A stretch of DNA of 64,000 nt from Pirellulales bacterium (GCA_963845975.1 CAWJUD010000002.1:781646-845645), one strand, 5' to 3'. Positions 1-10,687 are shown, numbered from the stretch's first letter. A program made the numbers and translations. The notes: a model not told the origin generated them from the sequence alone.

Positions 1-461
1 GCAACGAGAATCGCCCCGCTGGTGTCGCGATCCAATCGGTGCACGATTCCCGGTCGCGATGGCCCGCCAGTGGTGCTCAACGTTCCGCCGAAACGAAATT
101 GCAGCGCACTGGCCAGCGTGCCGGACCAATGCCCCCGTGCCGGATGCACGACCATGCCCGGCGGCTTGTTTACGACCGCCAAATGCTCGTCTTCATAAAG
201 GATATCCAGCGGAATATTCTCCGGCCGCGGCGCCTGGCGTGGAATTTCCGGCAGAACAATCCTTACCCGTTGCCCGGGTATCAACCGATACGCCGGCTTT
301 CCTCCCCGCCCGTCAATACTCACCCCGCCCGCCGTAATCACCCGCCGTAGATGCACCCGGCTGTAATCGGTAAAATGATGCGCAAGAAAAACATCCAGCC
401 GCCACCCCGCCTGAGCGGGCTCAACGGTAAGTTCAACAGGTTCTAATGAAATTGGTTTCAT
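1..461 (-). CDS. RluA/RluD-family 23S rRNA pseudouridine synthase, partial (C-terminus lies beyond window edge)
   Basis: Reverse-strand translation from ATG at 459-461 gives MKPISLEPVELTV... (S4-like N-terminus) and the catalytic motif GIVHRLDRDTSG; the listed + strand ORFs 39-350 are antisense artefacts. Confidence 0.8.
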   Translation of the reverse strand, partial: MKPISLEPVELTVEPAQAGWRLDVFLAHHFTDYSRVHLRRVITAGGVSIDGRGGKPAYRLIPGQRVRIVLPEIPRQAPRPENIPLDILYEDEHLAVVNKPPGMVVHPARGHWSGTLASALQFRFGGTLSTTGGPSRPGIVHRLDRDTSGAILV

Positions 462-469
462 TATTGAGT

Positions 470-505
470 CCCCTCTCCCTTTGGGAGAGGGTTAGGGTGA
501 GGGCC
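470..505. repeat. Partial copy of dispersed palindromic repeat (hairpin cccctctccc-tttg-ggagaggg followed by ttagggtgaggg)
   Basis: Same core as in the full 120-bp elements at 5775-5894 and 15226-15344 and partial copies at 4156-4213 and 8291-8356. Confidence 0.6.
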
Positions 506-686
506 TTGCTGATTGCTGAAAGCCAACCGTAGATCACTTATTTCTAATCCCTATCTACTATACACTGACAACCAACCACTGACCACTGTGCATTTGAGTA
601 GTTCAAAATGTATGTTGTTTAGCTATAATGCATGTAATCCTGACTGCCCGAAATTTCTTAAATATTTTTGAAAAGCTGAATAAACA

Positions 687-1835
687 ATGTTTAACTATGT
701 ACCTGTAAAATTAGCAGTTAATGATTTACCTATCGAAAGCTGTGATTTCTTACAGCATTATTATTTCTTAAAAGCTGCTTTTCTCATATCCCGTGACTTT
801 ATAATTGTTCCAGGTGTTGAAAATTTAAAAAGAGATCCTGGGCTTAATATTTGGAAAGAAATTCAGCCATGCAAAGGAGAGTATGAGTTTGAGCTAGCAG
901 TGCAACTCCCATTCTTTCTGCCAAGTTATAGGCAGGCAGATGAATATGCATTGACTGTAAACGGAAAAAAATACATTATCTCCAATAGACACTGCGAGGT
1001 CATCCTAGATGGTAAGTATCATGAGTATTTTCTAGTTCATTATTTGGGGCATGTGTCTCTATCCAAACAGATGAATACTAAAATTAGCCAACTTATTATG
1101 TCGAAATCACTTGTTATCACAAAGTTTACTGCAAAAGATATATCCGCCTCCTTGGCGATTGAAGAACATTTTTGGGATTGGTTAAATATTCTCAATCGTG
1201 ATATTCCGCAAATTATATGCGCACTCCGCTATCATCTGGATGATGAGTCTTACGAATTGCCAGAATGTAATGATGTAGGTAAATTCTGTCCTATTTATGT
1301 TCTATGCTGTGGGGAAAAAACCAGTAATGTCCTTCGCTTTGCTTCACATATTGCAGCACATCAGATTCGACCATTTTGCAGATTCTCTAGTGAAATAGCA
1401 GATTTAGAGGATTTCTGTGCAGGAAAACGCCCTATCAACATGTGCAAAGTCCTCCTTGACAGGGCCACATTTCTAATTCGATCGGGTGAAATATCTTTAT
1501 CTTGTGTGCTCGCATGCACAGCCTGTGAAACCTTATTGACGGAATATGTTCGTACCAATCTTTTCAGTCGAGGATTATCTAAGTCGAAGGAAAAAGAAGC
1601 ATTCCATGATCTTACTTTTTCACAAATGCTAAACCTTCTTTCTTATTTCTTATTTGATATGAAAGAAGGCAACAAAAAAGAGCTTATAGGGAAGGTGAAT
1701 GCCATTAGAAAATTACGTAATGACATTGTTCATGAGGGAAAATGGCTTACTATAGATTCACGCGATATTGTGAATAATGGCATAATAGCTATCAAACAAC
1801 TCAAACAAGAGATTTTAGCACAGCCAAAATTATAG
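687..1835 (+). CDS. Hypothetical protein on a low-GC (about 35%) foreign segment; C-terminal HEPN-like R-x4-H motif (KLRNDIVHEG)
   Basis: 382-aa ORF with very AT-rich codon usage compared with the roughly 60% GC flanks; AT-rich non-coding leader 540-686; preceded by a repeat fragment; Rx4H motif near C-terminus. Confidence 0.55.
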   Translation: MFNYVPVKLAVNDLPIESCDFLQHYYFLKAAFLISRDFIIVPGVENLKRDPGLNIWKEIQPCKGEYEFELAVQLPFFLPSYRQADEYALTVNGKKYIISNRHCEVILDGKYHEYFLVHYLGHVSLSKQMNTKISQLIMSKSLVITKFTAKDISASLAIEEHFWDWLNILNRDIPQIICALRYHLDDESYELPECNDVGKFCPIYVLCCGEKTSNVLRFASHIAAHQIRPFCRFSSEIADLEDFCAGKRPINMCKVLLDRATFLIRSGEISLSCVLACTACETLLTEYVRTNLFSRGLSKSKEKEAFHDLTFSQMLNLLSYFLFDMKEGNKKELIGKVNAIRKLRNDIVHEGKWLTIDSRDIVNNGIIAIKQLKQEILAQPKL

Positions 1836-1936
1836 CAGATTATTAATCACTTTCTATAAGCTCCCTTATTCAATATGTTTGCATCGTTGCTACAGTGAGA
1901 TTGTCGAGCGTTATAGAGTTTAATAACTTGAATGCC

Positions 1937-2398
1937 ATGAAAATAATTCAAGTAACTACTCCGGAAGAAATCGCCCAGGCGCGTTTCCTGTTCGAGGAGT
2001 ATGCGGCCTGGCTCAAGGTGGACCTTTGTTTTCAGGGATTCGCCGCCGAATTGGCCGGGCTGCCGGGAGTTTATGCGCCTCCGCGGGGGCGATTACTATT
2101 GGCTCTGGCTGGCGACGAGGCCAAAGGTTGCATCGCTCTGCGGTCTTTAGATGGCAGTATTTGCGAGATGAAGCGACTGTTTGTGCGGCCTGATTTTAGA
2201 AGACAAGGCATAGGTAGAATGTTGGCCGAAAGTATCGTTGCGGAGGCGCGGATTATAGGCTATACCGTTATGAAACTGGATACACTGCCGATTATGCTGG
2301 TGGCTACGCAGCTTTACGAGTCGCTGGGCTTTGTGCCCTGCCCGGCTTATTACGACACGCCCCTTGCGGACACGATTTTCATGGAGCTAAAATTGTGA
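1937..2398 (+). CDS. GNAT family N-acetyltransferase
   Basis: RQGIGRMLAE acetyl-CoA binding motif (R/Q-x-x-G-x-G/A), size about 150 aa; ATG at 1937 chosen over upstream in-frame extension. Confidence 0.75.
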   Translation: MKIIQVTTPEEIAQARFLFEEYAAWLKVDLCFQGFAAELAGLPGVYAPPRGRLLLALAGDEAKGCIALRSLDGSICEMKRLFVRPDFRRQGIGRMLAESIVAEARIIGYTVMKLDTLPIMLVATQLYESLGFVPCPAYYDTPLADTIFMELKL

Positions 2399-2434
2399 CC
2401 CAGCCGCTCGATATTTTGGATTGATTATCTATAA

Positions 2435-3337
2435 ATGGGACGGAACCAAATGGATGCTCTTTCTTTCTTCATCGTCGATGTCTTTGCCGAAGAAAAATAC
2501 GCCGGGAATCAGTTGGCGGTGTTCCGGGGCGGGGGCGCGCTTGCCGATGTTGAAATGCAACGCATCGCCCGGGAAATGAATTTCTCCGAAACCACGTTTA
2601 TTCTCTCTGAAACACAACGCGACGGCGGTTTTGACGTGCGAATCTTTACGCCCCGCGAAGAAGTCCCCTTTGCCGGCCACCCAACGCTGGGAACCGCCCA
2701 TGTTATCCGGCATGAGATTATGCAAATCGCCGCGGGCAAAATCGTGCTGAATTTAAAAGCAGGGCAGATTCCCGTTACTTTCGGCGATGACGCCGGCAAG
2801 GAAAACATCTATTGGATGAAACAGATCGAGCCGGTTTTCGGCCGTCAATTCAGCCCGGAGATCATTTCGGCGGTATTGAATTTGAAACAGAGCGAGATAG
2901 ACGATCGCTTTCCAAGCGAGGAAGTTTCAACCGGACTTCCACTTATAATTGCGCCGCTTCGCAGCCTGGAATCGTTGAAACAGGCCAGGGTGGATAAAGA
3001 AAAGTATTTCCACCTGATCCAGGATAATTGGGCAAAAGCGATTTTAGTTTTTTGTCCCCGGCCGCACAGGCCGCAAAACGATATCAGCGTACGGGTGTTC
3101 GGCGATTATTACGGCGTACCCGAGGATCCTGCCACGGGCAGCGGGAACGGCTGCCTGGCGGCATATCTTGTACGGCGGCGATATTGGGGGCAAGATAAAA
3201 TCGACATCCGCGCCGAGCAAGGATATGAAATCGGCCGGCCCTCGCTTCTGCTTTTAAAGGCCGAGGAAAAGGATGGAAAGATAGACGTCCGGGTCGGCGG
3301 CCAGGCAATCACGGTGGCAAAAGGCGAATTCGTGTAA
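2435..3337 (+). CDS. PhzF-family phenazine-biosynthesis-like isomerase
   Basis: 300 aa; N-terminal FxVDVFA...GNQLAV and overall PhzF/YddE-like pattern. Confidence 0.7.
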   Translation: MGRNQMDALSFFIVDVFAEEKYAGNQLAVFRGGGALADVEMQRIAREMNFSETTFILSETQRDGGFDVRIFTPREEVPFAGHPTLGTAHVIRHEIMQIAAGKIVLNLKAGQIPVTFGDDAGKENIYWMKQIEPVFGRQFSPEIISAVLNLKQSEIDDRFPSEEVSTGLPLIIAPLRSLESLKQARVDKEKYFHLIQDNWAKAILVFCPRPHRPQNDISVRVFGDYYGVPEDPATGSGNGCLAAYLVRRRYWGQDKIDIRAEQGYEIGRPSLLLLKAEEKDGKIDVRVGGQAITVAKGEFV

Positions 3338-3578
3338 AATAATAAAAAATCCCGCCCTGGAGAGCGGAAACAACGAAAAAAACATTTATTTGAATTACGC
3401 CAGCCTGGACCGGAGAATCTTTAATGTGCAAAATATCGAAATCGACTATCGTACTTGGTACAATAATCATTTGCGTCTTTGCATATACAAAGTTTAATAT
3501 CAGTCGGTCCGAATCGAGAGAAATGGAAACGCCGCCGAATAACCGGCAGTCGCCGCAGAATATTAATGGAATGTAAAT

Positions 3579-4064
3579 ATGAAAATCGAGTTTCGTCCAA
3601 TCGGTGTTGTCCGTTCAGCATTTAAAGAGCAGCAAGGCACGCCGATCCAACCGGTTTTTGCACAAAATGCCCGGGGAAAGATAGAGATCTTTGAGCCCTA
3701 TCGCGGGGCATTAAAAGATTTGAATGGTTTTTCGCGGGTGTGGCTGATTTACTACTTCGACCGGGCAAAAACCTGGCAACCAATGGTCGTGCCTTATAGC
3801 GACGTTCACCAGCGCGGCCTGTTTGCCACCAGGGCCCCGGCAAGGCCCAATGCCATCGGAATCTCAGCGGTAAAATTGCTTTCGGTCGAACAAGGAGCAA
3901 TCGAAGTAGAAGAGATTGACATTCTCGACGGCACGCCGGTGCTGGATATAAAACCGTACGTGCCCAAGTTCGATTCATATCCAAACGAAAGGGCCGGTTG
4001 GCTCGATAATGAATCGGTCAATAAAAAAACCGCTGACGAGCGCTTTGATAAGAATCAGGAATAG
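3579..4064 (+). CDS. trmO: tRNA (adenine37-N6)-methyltransferase TrmO/TsaA (YaeB family)
   Basis: MKIEFRPIGVVRS...FSRVWLIYYFD...GLFATRAP.RPNAIG...VLDIKPY, the typical YaeB-fold signature. Confidence 0.7.
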   Translation: MKIEFRPIGVVRSAFKEQQGTPIQPVFAQNARGKIEIFEPYRGALKDLNGFSRVWLIYYFDRAKTWQPMVVPYSDVHQRGLFATRAPARPNAIGISAVKLLSVEQGAIEVEEIDILDGTPVLDIKPYVPKFDSYPNERAGWLDNESVNKKTADERFDKNQE

Positions 4065-4155
4065 CGTTGACGATTGGTAATCCTTAGGAACTCTAACCAA
4101 ACCGCTTTCTTCCTTAGAGGAGCTTGGCGGTGGAGAATAAATAACAGTACATTTT

Positions 4156-4213
4156 GCCCTCACCCTAACCCTCTCCCAAAGGGAGAGGGGAGGTTTTGTT
4201 AGAGTTCCTTAAT
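4156..4213. repeat. Partial palindromic repeat copy with ttgttagagttccttaa tail
   Basis: ccctcaccctaaccctctcccaaagggagaggggagg; the same tail motif recurs at 8340-8356. Confidence 0.6.
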
Positions 4214-4264
4214 CTAAATTGGCGGCGTTAAATTGACGTGAAAAAACCGGCCGGGAGGTTAGTT

Positions 4265-4630
4265 ATGAATGCGAATGAACTCGTCGCCTATTGCGGCTTG
4301 ACGTGTCAAGGCTGCCCGATCTACTGGGCGACGCGCGAGGATGATCCGGTGAAAAAACAGAAAATGAGGGCTGCCATTGCTCGGCTTGGCCGGGAACATT
4401 ACGGCGTGGAGATGCGCCCCGAGGAAATAACCGACTGCGACGGATGCATAAGCGGAGATGATCGGTTATATCCCGGCTGTAAAAAGTGCGAGATCAGGAT
4501 TTGTGCAAGGCAGCGGAAGATTGAAACTTGCGCCCATTGTCCCGACTATGCCTGCGAAAAACTGCAAAAATCCTTCGCAATGGAGCCAAGTTCCAGGATA
4601 AAACTTGAAGTGATAAGAAGCGTGATTTAA
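4265..4630 (+). CDS. Cysteine-rich DUF3795-like protein
   Basis: CGLTCQGCP...CDGC...CKKCEIRIC...CAHCPDYAC cysteine pattern; start moved to MNANELV. Confidence 0.5.
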   Translation: MNANELVAYCGLTCQGCPIYWATREDDPVKKQKMRAAIARLGREHYGVEMRPEEITDCDGCISGDDRLYPGCKKCEIRICARQRKIETCAHCPDYACEKLQKSFAMEPSSRIKLEVIRSVI

Positions 4631-4740
4631 TCCGAACTATAAATGCGGATTTGCTTTTCTACATTCCAGCAATCCCTAGGTCAAGCTGTGCCTGACTTAT
4701 GCCGGAGTCATGGTCACACTTTTGTGAGGCAGAGCCCGAC

Positions 4741-5595
4741 CTACTTATTTGCCCCGGGCGCAGGTTGAGCATCGGCCGGTTTTTCGCCGCCGCTCGATTG
4801 TCCTTGATCGGCGGGTTTCTCGGTTTTTTCGGTCGGTTTGGGCGCTTCTGTTGTATTTTCCGCCTTTTCGGCTTTCTTTTCCTCGGCTCCCCGCTCGTTG
4901 ATCGCGCCCGGAGTGAAAACCGGACCTTCCTCGGGCAATTTATCAAGACTAGGATTACCGCCGGGCGGCTGGGTGAATACCGGCTTGGGATCGAACCGGG
5001 CGAATTTGTCGTAGACTTCCTTAGTTGAAAGCCGCTTCAGATCCTCCACACGCCGCGAAGACATCCGGGCGTAGACCGTGTCCGGCCATTCGGTAGTCAC
5101 TTCCGTATAAAATTTGATCGCCGTATCCAGTTTACCCAGCGATTCCCAAGCCCTGGCCAGCCCAAAAGCGGCTTGGGCGCGTAAAGTGGGCGATGGGCTT
5201 TGCTCGCGAACCGTTTGATACAGTTTCAAGGCCTTGTTCAATTGCTGATTGGCGGTGGCTTTGTTTATAAAGAGCATGTTACAACCTTGGGCAAGTTGAA
5301 GGTCGGCCGCCACAAGATCGGCCGCCGGTGCGGCGCGAGAGCGGGGGTTGTCTTCCGCGACTTTTTCCAGCGCCGAGGGATTAGCCCCGCCAGATGCCAT
5401 GAAAAATTGCGTCCAGCCCCTGCTCGCCGAAGAGGCCGATTCGCTTGTCCACCAGGTCGCGAAAATCAACGCTAATATCACCATAATTATCACTGCCAAG
5501 ATGGCGTTCTGATAGGGTTTTATCGCGGCAAAGGTTTGGGAAAGCCATAGGGCCAGGGCATTTTGGTGCAGCTTGTGGCGTTCTTCGCTTTTCAT
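4741..5595 (-). CDS. Hypothetical N-terminally membrane-anchored TPR-like protein with low-complexity Pro/Glu/Lys tail
   Basis: 284 aa ORF, one TM helix, TPR-like helical region, disordered C-terminus. Confidence 0.5.
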   Translation of the reverse strand: MKSEERHKLHQNALALWLSQTFAAIKPYQNAILAVIIMVILALIFATWWTSESASSASRGWTQFFMASGGANPSALEKVAEDNPRSRAAPAADLVAADLQLAQGCNMLFINKATANQQLNKALKLYQTVREQSPSPTLRAQAAFGLARAWESLGKLDTAIKFYTEVTTEWPDTVYARMSSRRVEDLKRLSTKEVYDKFARFDPKPVFTQPPGGNPSLDKLPEEGPVFTPGAINERGAEEKKAEKAENTTEAPKPTEKTEKPADQGQSSGGEKPADAQPAPGANK

Positions 5596-5774
5596 ATTTT
5601 CTCGCCTTTTTCTGATCGAGGTTTAGCTTGATCCGGATGAATAATATCCATTCAAACATGAATAGAGAAGTATAAATCCCTGATCCAAAATTCGCAAGGT
5701 CTACAAAAGCACGGGGAAAATCCCGCTAAAATCGCGAAAAATACCCGCCCGCCGACGGCCCAAAGCCGGATTAA

Positions 5775-5894
5775 GAGCCTATCCCAAAACATAAAACTTC
5801 AATTATAGCAAGAGATTATAACAATGAATTCGTGGCGATTTAGCCCTCACCCTAACCCTCTCCCAAAGGGAGAGGGGACTTTTGGGATAGGCTC
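5775..5894. mobile_element. MITE-like 120-bp element with about 15-bp terminal inverted repeats (gagcctatcccaaaa ... ttttgggataggctc) and internal palindrome
   Basis: Reverse complement of 15226-15344 aligns over the whole length; internal hairpin ccctctcccaaagggagaggg. Confidence 0.6.
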
Positions 5895-6112
5895 TAAATA
5901 CATACCGTTATTGACGCCGACATGGCGTGCCTGCTTGACAATCTCCCCAAAAATCTCCCATAATCCCTTGGCGCCGTATCAAAACAACCCGAACAATTTT
6001 CAACAGGAGGACAGGCATTCTTGCCTGTCTTTTTCCAGCCGGACAAGAATGTCCGGCCCTCCTGATTTGGTTAATTAAGTGACAATCCGCGCAAGTCATT
6101 GTTTCAATCTCC

Positions 6113-8283
6113 ATGAATCTCAACGCCGCCCAACTCGATGCCGTCCACGCGCTTTCCGGCCCGTTGCTAGTGCTTGCCGGGGCAGGAACGGGAAAAACAA
6201 GGGTCGTAACTTATCGCATTGCCGAACTGATCCGCAGCAGGGTTCGGCCTGAACGCGTGTTGGCCGTCACTTTTACCAATAAAGCCGCCGACGAAATGCA
6301 AGAGCGCTCGGCCGCCCTGCTGGGCAAAGGCCTTAAGCAGCGCCCGGAGATCTCCACTTTTCATTCGCTTTGCGTGCGGATATTGCGCCGGCAGATTCGG
6401 CATCTGGGCTATCCCGCACAGTTCGCCATATACGACCGGGGCGATCAGGAAGGCGTCGCCCGGGGCGTGCTCAGGGAAATCAAGGCGGCAGAGGCCCTGT
6501 TGCGGCCCGGCGACCTGCTGTATTGTGTCAGCCGTTGGAAAAACACCGGCATCCGACCCGAGCAAGCCGCCAACCTGGCTCAAACCGACAAGGAACATCT
6601 TGCCGCCACGGCCTATCGCCGATACCAAAACACGCTAAAAGCGGCCGGGGCATTGGATTTCGACGACCTTCTGCTTTTCACCGAAGATCTTTTTTCCCAG
6701 TTCCCCAAAATCCGCCGGGCCGAGGCCGACCGCTTCGATCATCTCCTGGTGGATGAATATCAGGACACCAACGGCAGCCAGTATCGAATCATTAAAGCCC
6801 TGGCCGCCAAACATAGAAATATTTGCGTGGTGGGCGACGACGATCAATCGATTTACGGCTGGCGCGGGGCGGAATTGACCCACATTCTCGGCTTTAAAAA
6901 CGATTGGCCCGAGGCAAAGATCGTGCGCCTGGAAATGAATTACCGCTCAACCAGGGAGATTGTCGGCTGGGCGAACCGGCTTATCGCCTTCAATAAACTA
7001 CGCCACGACAAGGTCCTGCGAGCCATGATAAGCGGCGAGACTCCGCGAATTTTGCAGCTCCAAGACGAAACGGCGGAAGCAAAAACGGTTGTCGATGAAA
7101 TAGCCGCCCGGATTCTTGCCCATAAACGCAGGCCCCGCGATTTCGCCCTGCTCTGCCGCACGAACGAGCAACCACGGGCCTTCGAGACCGAACTAAGGCG
7201 GGCGAAGATCCCCTATGTCCTTCTCGGTGGCATGTCGTTTTACGACCGCAAGGAAGTCCGAGACGTGCTGGCATACTTGAAATTGCTGGCCAATCCGGCA
7301 GACGAAATCTCGCTTTTACGCATCATCAACACGCCGCATCGGGGAATCGGCCGGCGCGCCGTTGAACGCCTGTTGGAAGAAGCCGTCGGCAAGAGTCAGA
7401 CCATTTGGAACATATTGCCGCGGCGGGGCAATTGGATAATCTATCTCCGCTGGCGGTCGAGGCCGTGCAAAAATTCCGCGGCCTTATCGAGCGCTATCAC
7501 AAACAAGCCGACTCTGCAGGAAAAGCCCGCACGGCGCCCGCCAACCACTGGTGGGTCTTGTCAAAGAACTATTGCAGGAAATCGGTTATAAACAAGAACT
7601 AGCCCGGCAATACCCCGACGCCGGAGATCAAGAGTCGCGTTGGGCGAGCGTCGAGGAATTGGTCAATGCCTTGGGATCGTACTCGCGGCGTTCGTCGCCG
7701 GCCACGCTGGCCGGATTCCTGCACGAGGCGGCCCTGGCCGGCAACGAGCCAGATCGCGACAGACAATCGCAACTCGATCGCGACGCCGTAGCGCTTATGA
7801 CGCTTCATGCCGCCAAGGGTTTGGAGTTTACCGAAGTTTACATGGTCGGCATGGAAGAAGGCCTGCTGCCCCATCACCGCTCGGTGGCCGGCGGCGGCTC
7901 GGCCCTGGACGAAGAACGCCGCCTGTGCTACGTGGGAGTTACCCGCGCCAAGCGCCGCCTGACGCTTACCATGGCCTTAAGCCGCAACAAATGGGGCAAG
8001 CCCCGGCCGACAGTCCCCAGCCGTTTCCTTTTTGAAATCACCGGCCAAGCTGATAATCCAAAATATCTGGAAATCAAACGAAAAATACATCAGCCCCATG
8101 CGGCAACAACCTCAAAAAAGAGCGAAATCAGGGCAAAAAAACCGCCGCTTTCAACCCGATCTCCTTCCGGCAGTCGGCGAAATCCATCATCCAAAAGGTC
8201 TGATCGTGGGGCGTAAAACGATCGGCGATCATTCGTTCGGTGTTGCTTTTGATGCCGGCAAAACATATATTAAGGGACTCTAA
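6113..8283 (+). pseudogene. uvrD: UvrD/PcrA-family ATP-dependent DNA helicase interrupted by three frameshifts (near 7400, 7540 and 8130)
   Basis: Walker A GAGTGKT at N-terminus; UvrD-like sequence continues through frames 2, 1, 0, 1 (ORFs 6113-7591, 7405-7602, 7551-8216, 8032-8283); last frame carries the C-terminal Tudor-like VGEIHHPKGLIVG motif. Confidence 0.75.
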
Positions 8284-8290
8284 AAATACT

Positions 8291-8356
8291 CCCCTCGCCC
8301 GCTCGCGGGAGAGGGGCCGGGGGTGAGGGCGGTTGGGTATTGTTAGAATTCCTAAG
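8291..8356. repeat. Partial palindromic repeat copy (cccctcgcccgctcgcgggagagggg + gggtgaggg + ttgttagaattcctaag)
   Basis: Shares the core and tail with 4156-4213. Confidence 0.55.
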
Positions 8357-8392
8357 ATGATTTGTGGTTTTTTCAATTTATGGGATATTTTT

Positions 8393-8623
8393 ATGCCGCC
8401 GGATTGGGATCGCGACAAAACAGGCCAATGGATAAAACTTTGGGCAAAAACAGCTCCGCTATTGGAAAATATTCGCCGGCGGGAACTTCGGGAAATGACG
8501 TACGAACAGCGCACTAAAGCCATCGCCTCTGTATTGCAAATCGGCGCTTGGGCCCTCATCCCGATACAATCAGCGGTCTGGTCGAACAGCAACGCTTGTT
8601 TCAAAAGGCCCGGAAATGATTGA
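8393..8623 (+). CDS. Small hypothetical protein overlapping the start of the downstream nucleotidyltransferase gene (possible antitoxin-like partner)
   Basis: Stop overlaps the ATG of the 8616 ORF (aaATGAttgatc); start placed at the first Met after the repeat element. Confidence 0.35.
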   Translation: MPPDWDRDKTGQWIKLWAKTAPLLENIRRRELREMTYEQRTKAIASVLQIGAWALIPIQSAVWSNSNACFKRPGND

Positions 8624-9179
8624 TCTTTTAGAAGCAGCTCTTGAGATCCAAAATTTCCTTCTCGATCGCCAATGGCGATTCTGCATCATCGGCGGTTTGG
8701 CGGCGGTGCGCTGGGGTGAACCTCGCGCCACACAAGACGTGGATATTAGTCTTTTAACCGGTTTCGGCGATGAATGTTGCTACATCGAGCCGATACTCTG
8801 CCGTTTTCATCCCCGCATCAAAAACGCGGAAGAGTTTGCTTTGGAAAATCGGGTGTTACTCATAAAGTCCTCCAACCAAGTTCCGATTGACATCGGCTTG
8901 GCTGGAATTCCTTTCGAGGAAAAAGTGATCGCACGCGCTTCGCCATTCGCCTTTTCCAATGATGCAGTGTTGATCACCTGCTCGGCTGAAGATCTCATCG
9001 TGCTAAAGGCCTTTGCTGGGCGAGAACGGGATTGGACTGCGATTCAAGGGATTTTGATTGCTCAGGGAAACCGGCTTGATTGGAACTATATCATAGAGCA
9101 ATTAACGCCTTTGTGCGAATTAAAAGAAGATCCTGAAGCTCTCAACCGTCTAGAAAGACTTCGTCAATCTTCCGGATAA
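8616..9179 (+). CDS. Nucleotidyltransferase-fold protein (AbiEii/MNT-like GG..R.T.DVDI motif)
   Basis: IIGGLAAVRWGEPRATQDVDISLL matches the pol-beta superfamily GG/GS...R...D.D pattern. Confidence 0.5.
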   Translation: MIDLLEAALEIQNFLLDRQWRFCIIGGLAAVRWGEPRATQDVDISLLTGFGDECCYIEPILCRFHPRIKNAEEFALENRVLLIKSSNQVPIDIGLAGIPFEEKVIARASPFAFSNDAVLITCSAEDLIVLKAFAGRERDWTAIQGILIAQGNRLDWNYIIEQLTPLCELKEDPEALNRLERLRQSSG

Positions 9180-9432
9180 AAAAAGGCACATTCCGGTTCC
9201 GTGATTAACACAATCTTTCCGGAATCGAACTTTTTCCTGAAATCCGATCTATCTAAGGCTATGTGTCTCCACAAAAGCTATTGCCCCATTTTATCCATTT
9301 TTATTGTTTTAACAATTGCACACTAGAATTAATGTAGCTCTAGAATTGGAATTTCGCTACACTCCCTTACCACCAACTCCCCAGTTGCCGAAATTCTCCG
9401 GTCACAGGAATATAGTAGTTTAAAATCCGCGC

Positions 9433-10620
9433 ATGGAGGCGCTTATGTCGAACCGGCCTTTTCGATTCGTTCATGCCAGCGACTTTCATTTGGAACAACC
9501 GCTGGCCGGCGTGGCGGAAGTGCCGGAACATCTCAGCGAGCTGTTCCTCAAAGCCCCTTATGCAGCCGCCACGAAGGTGTTCGAAACCGCCCTCATCGAA
9601 CAGGCCGCCTTTTTGATCCTTTCCGGCGACGTCTTGCACCCGCTTTACGCCGGACCGCGGGGGATTATTTTTCTCTGCGAGCAATTCGCCCGCCTGGCCG
9701 AACGCGAGATTCCCGTGTACTGGGCTGGTGGAACAGTTGATCCGCCCGACGCGTGGCCGGCTTCAATCGCTCTGCCTGGTAATGTTCATATTTTTCCCCG
9801 CGGCCGGGTAAATGAATTTATTTACGAGCATGACGGCACACCGGCGGCCCGGTTGCTGGGAATCAGCCGCGACAAGCAATTGACTATCCGGGCCGGCGAA
9901 TTTCATCCGGACCCCAGCGGGCTGCCGACCATCGCCATAGCATACGGCAGCGCAGACGCGGCAGCCTTGCAAGCCCGGGATATTTATTACTGGGCCTTGG
10001 GCGGCCGGCACGATCGCGCAACCCCGGCCTGTACGCCGCATACGATCCATTACTGCGGCAGTCCCCAAGGCCGGCGCCCGGAAGAAAATGGCGTGCACGG
10101 TTGCACCTTGGTGCAGGTCGACGAGCAGCGGCAAATCCGCACCAGTCTCGTTCCCACCGACGCCGTGCGCTGGCTTAATGAGCGGATCCCGGTCGACAAG
10201 GGAGCGATCCAAACCGACCTGGAAACACGCTTTCGCGAACGAATCCACTCGCTCCGAGAATCCGCGCCGAACTTGCATCTGCTAATAACCTGGACAATTG
10301 CCGGCGGCGGCCCCCTGGTCAAGCAATTGCAGCGCGGCAGGCTGGCCGGGGACCTGCTCGATCAACTACGGGCCGACTATGGTTTCAGCACGCCGTCGGC
10401 TTGGAGCCTGTCGATCGAGGCCGAGCCGGCGGATCGCTTGCCCGAGGAGTGGTATGAGCAGGAAACCATCCGCGGCGATTTTCTCCGCGAAATCCGCCGC
10501 CTGGAGATGAATTCCGACGAGCCCTTGGAATTGCAGGCCTACATCTCCGAAGCCCACCAGGCCGGATCGCTGGGCGCAATCCGCAGTTGGCCGATACAAA
10601 CGCCCGCGGACGCGTGCTGA
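9433..10620 (+). CDS. Calcineurin-like metallophosphoesterase, SbcD/YhaO-like DNA repair exonuclease
   Basis: FVHASDFHL N-terminal phosphoesterase motif; immediately upstream of an SbcC/YhaN-like ATPase. Confidence 0.7.
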   Translation: MEALMSNRPFRFVHASDFHLEQPLAGVAEVPEHLSELFLKAPYAAATKVFETALIEQAAFLILSGDVLHPLYAGPRGIIFLCEQFARLAEREIPVYWAGGTVDPPDAWPASIALPGNVHIFPRGRVNEFIYEHDGTPAARLLGISRDKQLTIRAGEFHPDPSGLPTIAIAYGSADAAALQARDIYYWALGGRHDRATPACTPHTIHYCGSPQGRRPEENGVHGCTLVQVDEQRQIRTSLVPTDAVRWLNERIPVDKGAIQTDLETRFRERIHSLRESAPNLHLLITWTIAGGGPLVKQLQRGRLAGDLLDQLRADYGFSTPSAWSLSIEAEPADRLPEEWYEQETIRGDFLREIRRLEMNSDEPLELQAYISEAHQAGSLGAIRSWPIQTPADAC

Positions 10621-10687
10621 CCGAGGCGGCCTTATTAGGCGCTGCTTTGCTCGGTGGCGATGCGGATGAGATCAGCGAGGGCCGATT

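Noticed and set aside
39-350. Plus-strand ORFs at the window start
   Set aside because: They are antisense to the clearly recognisable RluD-like gene.
7390-8150. Programmed ribosomal frameshifting in uvrD
   Set aside because: There are three shifts of mixed sign with no slippery-site or stimulatory-structure pattern. Similar single shifts occur in unrelated genes, which points to indel errors.
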